From: Chiloscyllium plagiosum
Lineage: Eukaryota
Direction: 5' to 3'
Length of the DNA: 31,522 bases
NCBI RefSeq assembly: GCF_004010195.1
Contig: NC_057751.1
Span: 19,211,462 to 19,242,983, forward strand
The notes beneath the pieces are model-generated. The model saw only the letters and a list, made by a program, of their open reading frames with translations, did no database searches and had not been told where the DNA came from. Below are positions 20,857 through 31,522 of the stretch, piece after piece (positions within the stretch are counted from its first letter, which is position 1; each line of letters starts with the position of its first letter). A program made the position numbers and the translations under genes.

Positions 20857-21216
20857 GAACATAGAACATAGAAAAGTACAGCACAGAACAGACCCTTTGG
20901 CCAATGATGTTGTGCTGAGCATTAATCCTAATGTAAAATAAAATAACTTAACCTACGCACCCCTCAATTCACTGCTGTCCATGTGCATGTCCAGCAGTCG
21001 CTTAAATGTCCCCAATGACTCTGCTTCCACCACCTCCGCTGCCAACGCATTCCATGCACTCACAACTCTCTGCATAAAGAACCTACCTCTGACGTCTCCT
21101 CTATACCTTTCTCCTAATATCTTAAAACTATGATCCCTCGTACCCATCAATCCTGCCCTGGGGAAAAGTCTCTGGCTATTGACTCTATCCATTCCTCTCA
21201 TTATCTTGTATACCTC
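20857..21216 (-). mobile_element. CR1 LINE 3' end
   Basis: ORF 20953..21201 has RGRFFMQRVVSAWNAL; (GAACATA) tail repeats. Confidence 0.9.
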
Positions 21217-21669
21217 ATTAATCTATTTTTGCTTGTGAGAGCAATGTTGGCCTGGGAGACCAGGGAACTCCCTGCTCTTTTCAAATGGTGCCATGAGATC
21301 TTTAACATCCACCTAAGTAGGTTGGCGCTTCTCTTCCTTGATCTTGTCAGTGCCCGTTTGTCCCTGAAGAGGTGGCAGGTAGTGCCCATCAATATGCTTC
21401 GGCCTTTTGCAACCAGTGGGCAAAGAAAAATCTTTATTATTTAGTTTTGAAAGTTCTCTTTGCTGAAGCTTCAGTGGATCAACTAACAAAAGACATAAAA
21501 TTTGATGATATCCTAATTTCATTTTGTGCCAAGCTGCTTTTTGTTTAATTGGACAGCTCGTTAAACTATTCAGAGTAGACTCCCTCGAAAGGTTCACTGT
21601 TGGTGCTGTTTTATGTCAGAGAACATTAGGGCAATTCAGACTAGACTTTAAACGGATGACAGGAGATCT

Positions 21670-21985
21670 AACTGGGTCAATAAAATGCTAAAGGGGATTG
21701 ACAAAGTAGGTGTAGAGAGGACGTTTCCTCATGTGGGCCAATCCAGAATGAGAGGTGATCTAGAATGACTTCTTTCAAAGTGTATGTGTGTATGGTGAAT
21801 GCTGGGACATTGAGTAAATTTATGAAGGAGATAGACAGATTTTTAATTAGTAACAGGTTAAAGGGTTAAGGAGAGCTGGCAGGAAAGTGGAGTTGAGGCC
21901 AAGATGAGATCAGCCATGATTGTATAAATGGCAGGGCAGGTTAGAGGGGCTGAATGGTCTACTCTTACCCACAGTTCTTTTGTAC
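21670..21985 (+). mobile_element. CR1 LINE 3' end, degenerate
   Basis: KMLKGIDKV..ERTFP; tail similar to the reverse complement of 5900-6060. Confidence 0.75.
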
Positions 21986-22639
21986 CTATACCATGTTCTG
22001 AAGACTAACTTGACAATGATACTGCTAGACCTGCTGAGTTTTCCAGCGATTTCTGTTTTCGTTAACTCTGTTTCTCTTTCTGCACGATGCTTCCAGACCT
22101 GATGAGTTTCTCCAGTAGTCTCTGTGTTTGTTTCAGATTTCCAGCATCTGCAGTGTTTTGCTTTTACATCTGTACTGTGCCTATTTGTCCACCAATACAG
22201 GCAGAGATGGAGGCTTGGTGTTTACTCAATATCCATCAACTTACAGAGCACATTTGGACTTCGCTCAGCACACACTTTGCATTTTGGAAATATAAGCTGC
22301 AACTGTTGCTGATGTGAGGTGTCTCTAGGCCCCGCCAAAGAATTAGGAAAAATCAAACTAAAGTAAAATCAACATTGCACATTTTGTACCACAGAGCAAC
22401 TGATTCCAGACAACAGAGTTCGAACAGTACTTGTAGACCAAACCAAAAAAGAAAGGAAAGAGGAAGTGTCCAAGAAAAAGGGAACTTAACAACACCGACA
22501 CTTTTTACAAATGAAAAGCAAGTAACCAAGTAATTGAATGAATTTTTAAAACCGATCTACGAGGTTCTATATATTTCCTGATGCATATATTTTTCTGTGC
22601 GGTAAATATTCTTCTGTGATGTGCAGAACTTATAAAATT

Positions 22640-23352
22640 AAATTCCAAAATCAGGGCAGGACTTATACACTCAGTGGTAAGGTCCTGAGGAGTGTTGCTG
22701 AACAAAGAGGCCTTGGAGTGCAGGTTCATAGCTCCATGAAAGTGGAAGAAGGCGTTTGGTATGCTTGCCTTTATTGGTCAGTGCATTGAGTACAGGAGTT
22801 GGGAGGTCATATTGTGGCTGTACAGGACATTGGTTAGGCTACTTTTGGAATACTGCGTGCAATTCTGATCTCCCTGCTATAGGAAGGATGTTGTAAAACT
22901 TGAAACGGTTCAGAACAGATTTACAAGGATGTTGCCAGGGTTGGAGGGTTTGAGCTATGGGGTGGGGCTGAACAGGCTGGGGCTATTTTTCCTGTGTCAA
23001 AGGCTGAGGGGTGACCTTATAAAGGTTTATATAATCATGAGGGGCATGGATAGGGTAAATAGACAAGGTCGCTTCCCTAGGGTGGGGGAGCCCAGAACTA
23101 GAGGGCATAGGTTTAGGGTGATAGGGAAAAGATATGAAAGGGATCTAAGGGGCAACTTTTTCACACAGAGGGTGATACGTGTATGGAACAAGTTGCCAGA
23201 GGAAGACGTGGAGGCTGGTACAATTATAACATTTAAAAGGCATCTGGATGTGTACATGGATATGAAGGGTTTCAGGAGATATGGGCCAAGTGCTGGTAAA
23301 TGGGATTAGATTCATTTAGGATATCTGGTTGTACACCTCTATGACTCAATGA
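22640..23352 (+). mobile_element. CR1 LINE 3' end
   Basis: ORF 22929..23309 has RLRGDLI...RGNFFTQRVIRVWNKLP. Confidence 0.92.
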
Positions 23353-23489
23353 CTTAATAACTACCATACAATGATGCCCTCTGCTGAATATTATTGACAT
23401 AATCATTTTGTCATTTAGGATCCAAAGATGTATGAATTTTTGTGTGGAGTTCTCCTGTCAGCCTGAAATAGGATCAGTGGAAGAAAAAA

Positions 23490-24225
23490 AAGGCTTACAT
23501 TTATATAATGCCTTTCATTATTGTGAGAGACGATTTCGGTACAAATAGTTAAGATGTGCATGACCTCAGAGTCTAAGGGGAATAGAGCCGTGGGGGTAGG
23601 GTAAAACATGCTTCTCTATAATAAAGGACGAGACAGAGTAGAAAAACAAGTCCTTGATTGATAAGACCACTAACTCTGACAGAGAAGAATAAGTCCTTGA
23701 CTGATAAGACTGCAGGCTAGAAAAACAACTAGGGAGACATATACTGCAGACTTTGTGATAAGGGTCCAGAATGGAAAAATAATGAATGTTCAGAATGTGA
23801 ACCTCGTGACTCTTTAGAGCTATAGAAGGGAGGAGCTTGAACTGTATTTAATCGAAAACTTTGTTAGCCTGGCGCGCTTTTCTCAGAAGAGTGCCCAACT
23901 CTGCAGACTTGCTAATAAAACTTTGTTTTCCTGAATTTGTCTAGAGCGATTATTGAGAAGCGATTTTCGTTTCTAACAATTATTTTAGTCAATGGCCTCA
24001 CTTCAAAACAAAACTTCATTGTTATAATGTAGGAAATGTGACAGGCAATTTGCATGCAGCAAATTCCTATAAAGGGCAAAGTGATAACGTCCAGGTTCCT
24101 GGCTGAAGAGTAAGTCTTCTTTTACATTCACCTCAGAGAGCAGCCGGTCCCTTGGTTTATCATTTCACCCGGAAAAAAATCACACTTTGAACAGTGCAGT
24201 ACTCCCTCAGTGTCACACCAAGAGT
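23490..24225 (-). mobile_element. Ancient Deu-domain SINE (SacSINE1/AmnSINE-like) split by the solo LTR
   Basis: TGTAGGAAATGTGACAGGCAATTTGCATGCAGCAA and CAGTGCAGTACTCCCTCAGT resemble the recalled Deu-SINE core; related pieces at 4160-4270 and 21245-21320. Confidence 0.6.
23522..23978 (+). mobile_element. Solo LTR (457 bp) of a different LTR family
   Basis: TGTGAGAGACG...CGTTTCTAACA imperfect terminal inverted repeat; perfect 5-bp TSD ATTAT (23517-23521, 23979-23983); AATAAA 23914-23919; internal 20-bp direct repeat. Confidence 0.85.
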
Positions 24226-24744
24226 TCCAGCCAAGATCGGCCACAGAAAAAACAGTAAAATCAGCATTTCTGCAGCTCTCTCACCAGAGTTGCAATGGAC
24301 GAGTGTCAGAACCTGTGCAGACCTTCACCCATTTGAGTTTTCAACAGAATGTTTGGACAGAGGACTTTTTGTTCATTTTCTTACTAACTTTCTCCCTCTC
24401 CATCCTAATAGGCTTGCCTCTTTGAGCAAAATGCTAATGTTAGCAGGCAACTGAGATGAGAGTGACCGCCCTTGCTCTCAAGGCAGTGTATTGCAGTGGG
24501 CAGGGTCTTGAAAAGTACGATATTCATTTTTAGAACTGAAATAATCTGTAAATCAGAAACAAAAACAGAAGTTGTTGGAAAAGCTCAGCAGGTCCAGCAA
24601 CATGTGTGAAGAGAAATCAAAGTTAACATTCTGGGTCTGGTGACCTTTCCTCGTTATGAGGAAAAGTCACTGGACCCAAAACGTTAACAATATTCATTGT
24701 TTCACTTGAATCCAACGTACGCAATTTTTACTAGCTGGGAGAGC

Positions 24745-25722
24745 GTGTTTTGAGAATATTTGTAGCTCAGGTTGAGGTTTTTGATGTAAACAAATAAATC
24801 CAGTGGCAGTATGTTCCTGTCAGTGGAAAGGGCAAGGCTGGTAGGTGTTGAGAATCATCCCAACATCCCCAAACGAAGCTGCATTAGAACATTATTTCAA
24901 TGAACCACCACACACTGCAGCACAGAGGAACTACACAGAGCAGAGGAAAATCACCTATACGGTGTATTCAAAATGAATAGATACCCAATGAACACAGTCT
25001 GCCATTTTCTCAGCAACAAACTCAAACAAGCAGAAAACATCGCGTCCAGAAACCCTAGCTACTCTCCCCTACATCAAACACATCTCAGAAATGACTGCCA
25101 GACTGCTCAGATCCCTTGGCATCATGGTAACCCACAAACCCACCAACACACTAAAACAGCAGCTCATGAATTTGAAAGACCTGATACAGACAACAAGCAA
25201 AACTAATGTCATTTACAAAATACCTTGCGAGGACTGTAACAAACACTATATTGGACAAATAGGCAGAAAACTAGCTACCAGGATACATGAACATCAACTA
25301 TCCACAAAAAGACATGACCCACACTCACTAGTATCCTTATATATGGATGAGCAAGGACACCTCTTTGACTGGGACAACACATCCATCTTAGGACAAGCCA
25401 AATAGAGACACGCACGAGAATTCCTAGAAGCATGGCATTCCAACCAGAACGCTATCAACAAACACGTTGACTTGGATCCCATTTACCACCCCCTGAGAAA
25501 AAGAACAGGAAATGACATCACGATAGAAAAAGATGTCACCACAGGAAATGACATCACCAATCCAAGGAAATTGGGTTACACCATCAGTGCTTCATCTGGA
25601 GGCTCACTGAAGATGTTACCTAGTATGGTGACAAAACATCTGAAAATGAACCTACCAGCTCAGTGAGCAAACCTACATCCAGAACCTCTACCTGAGCTAT
25701 AAATCTTCTCAAAACTCACCAA
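24745..25722 (+). mobile_element. Penelope-like element, 5'-truncated, with decayed GIY-YIG endonuclease
   Basis: ORF 25091..25405 contains NVIYKIPCEDCNKHYIGQIGRKLATRIHEH (GIY-YIG). The 3' terminal repeat has a decayed hammerhead at 25604-25643, and a short inverted copy of the 3' end sits at 24745-24788. Confidence 0.9.
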
Positions 25723-25726
25723 CTTA

Positions 25727-25868
25727 CAGAGTCATAGAGATGTACAGCATGGAAACAGACCCTTCGGTCCAACCCGTCCATGCCGACCAGATATCCCAAC
25801 CCAATCTAGTCCCACCTGCCAGCACCCGGCCCATATCCCTCCAAACCCTTCCTATTCACATACCCATC
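25727..25868 (-). mobile_element. CR1 LINE 3' tail running into the gap
   Basis: DGYVNRKGLEGYGPGAGRWD* plus CR1 3'UTR. Confidence 0.85.
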
Positions 25869-26383
25869 NNNNNNNNNNNNNNNNNNNNNNNNNNNNNNNN
25901 NNNNNNNNNNNNNNNNNNNNNNNNNNNNNNNNNNNNNNNNNNNNNNNNNNNNNNNNNNNNNNNNNNNNNNNNNNNNNNNNNNNNNNNNNNNNNNNNNNNN
26001 NNNNNNNNNNNNNNNNNNNNNNNNNNNNNNNNNNNNNNNNNNNNNNNNNNNNNNNNNNNNNNNNNNNNNNNNNNNNNNNNNNNNNNNNNNNNNNNNNNNN
26101 NNNNNNNNNNNNNNNNNNNNNNNNNNNNNNNNNNNNNNNNNNNNNNNNNNNNNNNNNNNNNNNNNNNNNNNNNNNNNNNNNNNNNNNNNNNNNNNNNNNN
26201 NNNNNNNNNNNNNNNNNNNNNNNNNNNNNNNNNNNNNNNNNNNNNNNNNNNNNNNNNNNNNNNNNNNNNNNNNNNNNNNNNNNNNNNNNNNNNNNNNNNN
26301 NNNNNNNNNNNNNNNNNNNNNNNNNNNNNNNNNNNNNNNNNNNNNNNNNNNNNNNNNNNNNNNNNNNNNNNNNNNNNNNNNNN
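25869..26383. other. Assembly gap (515 N)
   Basis: Run of n. Confidence 0.99.
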
Positions 26384-26782
26384 TCGGATGCTGCCTGGAT
26401 TGCTGTGCTCTTCCAGCACCACTGTTCCAGAATCTGGTTTCCGGCATCTGCAGTCATTGTTTTTACCTCGTTGATTTTAACCCTACTGCGAATCCTCTTG
26501 CAAGGATGCCTGCCTTGAAGAGGTTTTCCTCCTCTCTCTACAAGAATCTCAGGGAGTCTCTCTCCCACTGCAACTCCCAGGTCATTTCCTCAGCCCACCC
26601 CCACCCTCCTCTAGCGTATCTCTCCACGCTTCAGGCTCTCTGCCTTTATTCCTGATGAAGGGCTTTTGCCTGAAACGTCGATTTCGAAGCTCCTCGGATG
26701 CTGCCTGAATTGCTGTGCTCTTCCAGCACCACTGATCCAGAATCTGGTTTCCAGCATCTGCAGTCATTGTTTTTACCTCGTT
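26384..26782 (+). mobile_element. Second Penelope-like family fragment with partial tandem terminal repeat
   Basis: 89-bp direct repeat (26384-26472, 26694-26782) and hammerhead core at 26652. Related pieces at 4012-4135, 10564-10657 (-), 22020-22160, 24550-24690, 30405-30521 and 30560-30680 (-). Confidence 0.65.
26652..26680 (+). ncRNA. Hammerhead-like core of a second Penelope-like family
   Basis: CTGATGA-AGGGC-TTTT-GCCT-GAAACGTCG: core and helix II are clear; helices I and III are uncertain. Confidence 0.55.
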
Positions 26783-26809
26783 AATTTTTTGAATAAGTGA
26801 GAAACAAGA

Positions 26810-28197
26810 TTGAAGAAGGCAGAGTGGTGGATGTTGTCTATATGGACTTCGGCAAGGTGTTCAACAAGGTTCTGCATGGTAGACTGGTAAACAAAGTTAG
26901 ATCATGGGGTAGCACGGTGGCTTAATGGTCAGCACTGCTGCCTCACAGCACCAGGGACCCAGGTTCGATTCCAGCCTTGGTGCTCCGGTTTCCTCCCACG
27001 GTCCAAAGATGAGCAGGTCAGCTGAATTGGCCATTCTAAATTGCCCATAGTGTTAGGCGCATTAGGCAGAGGGAGGTGGGTCTGAGTGCTCTTCAGAGGG
27101 TCGGTGTGGACTTGTTGGGCCAAGGGGCCAGTTTCCACACTGTAGGGAATCTATTCTAATCTAAGTCACATGGACTCTGGAGAGAGCTCGCCATTTGGAT
27201 ACAAAATTGGCTTGAAGATAGGGGACATAGGATGGAAGTGTAGGTTTGTTTTTCAGACTGGAGTCCTGTGACCTGTGGTGTACTGCAAGGATCTGTGCTG
27301 GGTCCACTGCTTTTTGTCATTTATATAAATGTTTTTGGATGTGAATATAGGAGGAATGGTAAGTTTGCAGATGACACTAAAATTGATGGTGTAGTGGATA
27401 GTGAAGAAGGTTATCTCAGAGTGCAACAGGACCTTGATCAGGTGGGCTCATTAGTGTTAGCTGAAATTTAATTTAGATAAATGTGAAGTCTAGCATTTTG
27501 GAAAGGCAATTCAGGGCGGGACTTGTACACCTAATGGTAAGGTCTTGGAGAACGTTAAGAGACCTTGGAGTGCAGGTTCATAGTTCGTTGAACATGAAGT
27601 CACAGGCAGACAGGGTAGTGAAGGCAGTATTTGCCTTTACTGGTCAGTGCATTGAGTACAGGAGTTGGGAGGTCATGATGCAGCTGTATAGGACATTGGT
27701 TAGGGGCTTGCAATTCTCTGTTCAAATGTGGTCTCTTTGCTACAGGAAGGATGTTGTGAAACTTGAAATGGTGCAAAAAAAGATTTACAAGGATCTTGGC
27801 GGAGTTGGAGGGTTTGAGCTACAGAGAGAGGCTGAGGCTATTTTCTCTGGAGCGTTGGAGGCTGGGGGGTGACCTGATATAGATTTACAAGGTCATGAAG
27901 GGCATGGATAAGGTGAATATCCCCAGGGTGAGGAGTCCAAAGCTAGAGGGCATAGGTTTAAGTTGAGAGGGGAAAGATTTAAAAAGGACCTAATGAGCAA
28001 CTTTTTCATGCAGAGGGTGGTGCATGTATGGAATGAGCTGCCACAGGAAGTGGTAGAGGCTTGTATAATTACAACATTTAAAAGGCATCTGGGCCAAATG
28101 CTGGCAAATGGGATTAGATTAATTTGGGATATGAAGTTGGTATGGACAAGTTGGACCAATTGGAATGCTTCTGTGCTGTACATCTCTATGACTCTAA
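26810..28197 (+). mobile_element. CR1 LINE ORF2 3' half, interrupted by an HE1 SINE
   Basis: VDVVYMDFGKVFNKV; GVLQGSVLGPLLFVIYIN; KFADDTK; NFFMQRVVHVWNELP. Confidence 0.92.
26906..27164 (+). mobile_element. HE1-type V-SINE nested in a CR1 LINE
   Basis: Aligns to 1835-2133; CR1 RT sequence continues on both sides. Confidence 0.85.
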
Positions 28198-28354
28198 GTT
28201 GTTAGGGTCTGGAAATACAGACATGTTCAATTAAGGCATTCAAGAGGACATTGAGTGGTACAAACGTAGGGATGTAGAAACTACAGGAAATTAACACTAG
28301 GAGATAGGACTTGTGCAGACACAATGAGCTCAGTATCTTCCTTCACTGATGTAT

Positions 28355-28620
28355 TGACGTGCCTTGACTGCGTGAGGCCTCTGATGTCACGCGCACAGCT
28401 TGCCTGACGCTATTTCTTCGAAATCAGCTGTTTCACCTCGAACAGTCGTACTGCCGCTGTTCCCGCGCGTGTTCCCTCCCTCCGCGCGCCTTGGCACACC
28501 GGCTTCCAGCCAATCGGTGCACGCTGTTCGGGGGAATGACGTGAACAAGCACCAATAGACGAGCATGGAGGGCGGGACAAGCCTTGGTTTGCCTGACAAT
28601 CCATTGAGGAGGTGGTTGAG
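28355..28620. promoter_or_regulatory. CpG-rich promoter-like region, target gene not identified
   Basis: Densest non-repeat CpG cluster in the window; TTCCCGCG (28460), CCAAT (28510, 28552), TGACGTGA (28537), GGGCGGGA (28570). Confidence 0.65.
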
Positions 28621-28914
28621 TTCTTGGAATGGCCCGCTGGGTTTGCTGTTTGGTTATTGAGTTTTGGATACAGTAAATATGTGTTACAATGTAAATAAGT
28701 AACACGTCAACAAAAACAGTCATCTCCGAATAGGGTCTTGCGAGCGATATAACAGATTTATGCATTTAAAGTCTGGGGTGAACACAGCATTTCAGGTAAG
28801 GAAGCAACTTTTGACAGTAAACTCTAATTGCTGTTTTCACATTGATTGAACTTCAAACACAATTTAGTGGGAATTAATCCGAACAATTCTTATCCTTCTG
28901 ATCAAGATCCGTGT

Positions 28915-29190
28915 GGGCGGCACGGGTTAGCACTGCTGCCTCACAGCGCCAGACCCGGGTTCATTTCCCGCCTCAGGCGACTGACTGTGTGGAGTTTACA
29001 CATTCTCCCCGTGTCTGCGTGGGTTTCAGTCCAAAAGATGTGCAGGGTCAGGTGAATTGGCCATGCTAAATTGCCCGTAGTGTTAGGTAAGGGGTAAATG
29101 TAGGGGTATGGGTGGGTTACGCTTCGGCGGGTCGGTGTGGACTTGTTGGGCCGAAGGGCCTGTTTCCACACTGTAAGTAATCTAATCTAA
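28915..29190 (+). mobile_element. HE1-type V-SINE
   Basis: Aligns to 1835-2133; (TAATC)n tail. Confidence 0.88.
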
Positions 29191-30353
29191 TCCCCACGAA
29201 CTTTCTTGTCTCTCTTACTTCCATGACCCTCCCTGTTCTGTCAACCACCCCCCCGACCCCTTTATATCTCTGCTATCCCACTCCGACCCCTATAACCCTT
29301 TCAAAATGACTGTGCCACTTGTGCATTTCTGATTTTCATAGTTCCTGCATTAGTGGTCATTCTGTCAGCATCCTGAACCCAAAGCTCTGGACTTCCCTTC
29401 CTAAACCACTCCTCCCCTTCATCTTCCTTCAAAGTGCTACTTAAAACGTCTCTCTAGTGATCGAGCTTTTGGTTCCGAAACTTAATGTCTCTTTTTGTGT
29501 CTCAGCATCTGTTTCATTGAAGTTCCGATTAACGCTGTGGAATGCTTTATTATCTTAATGACAGTTGGCAGCAGTGAAGAATCTTTCTTGGTCATTGGCA
29601 TTGGCAGCCTTGTATGATCTGATACTTCCAATCTTCCAGTAGCTGAGACATCCATTAGAGCTTTTTGTGTCAGTTCTTTGTTTTTGCAACATTTCAAATT
29701 TTACTGATTGCTGGTTTCCAACAATCATTTCTAAATTTCTTGTGTTTTCACTAAATTGTTTGAGTTGAGGTAAAAAATTGGAAGGCCGTTGTGTATGATT
29801 AATTTTAAACACAATATTTAGTTGGTGAGTTTTTGCAATGGTGCTTTAACATTCCTGCTGTTTGAGTCTGAATTCTGGGCGGGCATCCAGCAGGGTCCAC
29901 GTGATCTGTGGGCGTCCCCTTAAAGCCGTCCTACCGTATGTAGTTCACTGGTCTGAGCTAATATAAGGATATTTAAAGGCTTTGTGGGAATGCTAACATT
30001 GCCATATGCCTGCTATTCAATTTTGAAGCCTCCCAATACTTCACACTCTTTTCCCCCAAGGTAAAGATGTAACAATGTGAAGAATTGTTTTTGTATATGT
30101 TTAACTTAGATTTTTTTTCGAGTAACAATTTACATTGGCTAGCCCTTGCAACAATGTGAGATTTTCCTTGTTATTTGTATCTTGAGCTGTAATAAGCTTG
30201 ATTGATCAAATGTATCGTATTATGTTCAGACTCCTTAATTCCCCAGGAGTCACAGTAAAATAATCTCCAGTCTTAAGCGGCAAGCTGTCCCTAATTTATT
30301 TACAGCATTGTCACTATACTTCCCAGAATACCATATCATAAATCTATATTTAA

Positions 30354-30882
30354 GGGGAGGTAATGACCTAGTGATATTATCGCTCTGCTATTAAACCAGA
30401 AACTGGGCTTTTGCCCGAAACATCGATTTTACTGCTCCTCGGATGCTGCCTGAACTGCTGTGCTCTTCCAGCACCACTAATCCAGAATCTGGTTTCCAGC
30501 ATCTGCAGTCATTGTTTTTACCTATTAAACCAGAAACTCAGCTAATGTTCTGGGGAAAATTAGGACTGCAAATGCTGGAGATCAGAGTCGAAAAGTGTGG
30601 CACTGGAAAAGCACAGCAGGTCAGGCAGCATCTGATGAGCAGTAGAGTCAATGTTTCAGACATAAGCCCTTCATCAGGAGTATTCTGGGAATCTGGGTTT
30701 GAATCCTGCCACAGCAGATGGTGGAATTTGAATACAATAAAAAAATCTGGAATTAAGGATCTACTGATGACCACAAAACCATTGATTGTCAGGAAAAACC
30801 CATCTGGTTTACTAATGTCCTTCAGTGAAGGAAATTTGCCATCCTCACCTGGTCTGTCCTACATGTGACTCCAGACCCACAG
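30354..30882 (+). mobile_element. tRNA-derived SINE interrupted by two Penelope-like fragments
   Basis: A-box-like TGACCTAGTGA near the start and B-box-like GGTTTGAATCC (~30696); the pieces are contiguous once the inserts are removed. Confidence 0.6.
30405..30521 (+). mobile_element. 117-bp Penelope-like terminal fragment inserted in a SINE
   Basis: Perfect 17-bp TSD CTATTAAACCAGAAACT (30388-30404, 30522-30538); near-identical to 26660-26777. Confidence 0.85.
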
Positions 30883-30886
30883 TAAT

Positions 30887-31522
30887 TGCAAGGTTTGTAG
30901 CTCAGGTTGAGGTTTAGGGTGTAGGTTTGATATCCAGATGTTTCATTACCTGGCTAGATAACATCATCAGTGGCGACCTCCAAGTGAAGCGAAGCTGTTG
31001 TCTCCTGCTTTCTATTTATATCTTTCTCCCGGATGGGGTTCCTGGGGTTTGTGGTGATGTCACTTCCTGTTCGTTTTCTGAGGGGTTGATAGGTGGCATC
31101 TAGATCTATGTGCTTGTTTATGGCATTGTGGTTGGAGTGCCAGGCCTCCAGGAATTCTCTGGCATGTCTTTGCTTAGCCTGTCCCAGGATAGATGTGTTG
31201 TCCCAGTCGAAATGGTGGGTTTTTTTTTCATCCGTGTGTAGGGCTATGAGGGAGAGGGGGTCGTGTCTTTTTGTGGCTAGCTGGTGTTTGTGTATCCTGG
31301 TGGCTAACTTTCTTCCTGTTTGTCCTACGTAGTGTTTGTGGTAATCCTTGCATGGAATTTTATAGATGACATTGGTTTTGTCCATGGGTTGTACTGGGTC
31401 TTTTAAGTTTGTTAGTTTTTGTTTGAGAGTGTTGGTGGGTTTGTGTGCTACTAGGATTCCGAGGGGGCTTAGTAGTCTGGCTGTCATCTCTGGAACTTCT
31501 TTGATGTATGGTAAGGTGGTTA
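30887..31522 (-). mobile_element. Penelope-like element 3' part with an open GIY-YIG endonuclease frame (continues beyond the window)
   Basis: ORF 30954..31487 contains NVIYKIPCKDYHKHYVGQTGRKLATRIHKH...REFLEAWHS; homologous to 25091-25500. Confidence 0.9.
30934..30973 (-). ncRNA. Minimal hammerhead ribozyme motif at the 3' end of the GIY-YIG ORF
   Basis: Minus strand CCA-CTGATGA-TGTTATC-TAGCCA-GGTAAT-GAAACATC-TGG. Confidence 0.6.

Noticed and set aside
25740..26568. Long ORFs of 188-244 aa
   Set aside because: Artefacts of translating through the N gap.
29555..29812. 85-aa minus-strand ORF in unique sequence as an exon of a neighbouring gene
   Set aside because: No motif I recognise and no convincing splice or start context; a tBLASTn/RNA-seq check would be needed.

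Overview
Eukaryotic, repeat-rich genomic DNA from a cartilaginous fish (inferred from HE1-type V-SINEs, HER1/CR1 LINEs, Deu-domain SINEs and shark-type Penelope elements). The only host gene I can support is the 5' part of a class I unconventional myosin (MYO1A/MYO1B subfamily) on the minus strand. It has six coding exons (15418 down to 1274, 184 codons of motor domain, all introns GT-AG and phase-consistent), a candidate non-coding first exon near 19834-20050, and it continues past the left edge. The most notable structure lies in the intron between coding exons 2 and 3: a 4.2-kb, two-LTR, internally deleted endogenous retrovirus (8190-12433, + strand). It has a tRNA-Leu PBS, Gag-matrix and integrase remnants and a PPT, and it carries a spliced, internally deleted copy of a host RBPMS/RBPMS2 mRNA in frame with the integrase remnant, which suggests retroviral capture of a cellular transcript. 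Also present: many Penelope-derived elements with minimal hammerhead ribozyme motifs (including ~300-bp palindromic inserts with 12-13 bp TSDs), two GIY-YIG endonuclease remnants, a solo LTR, an unassigned CpG-rich E2F/CCAAT promoter-like region at ~28.4-28.6 kb, and a 515-nt N gap. All family assignments come from recalled sequences; no searches were run.
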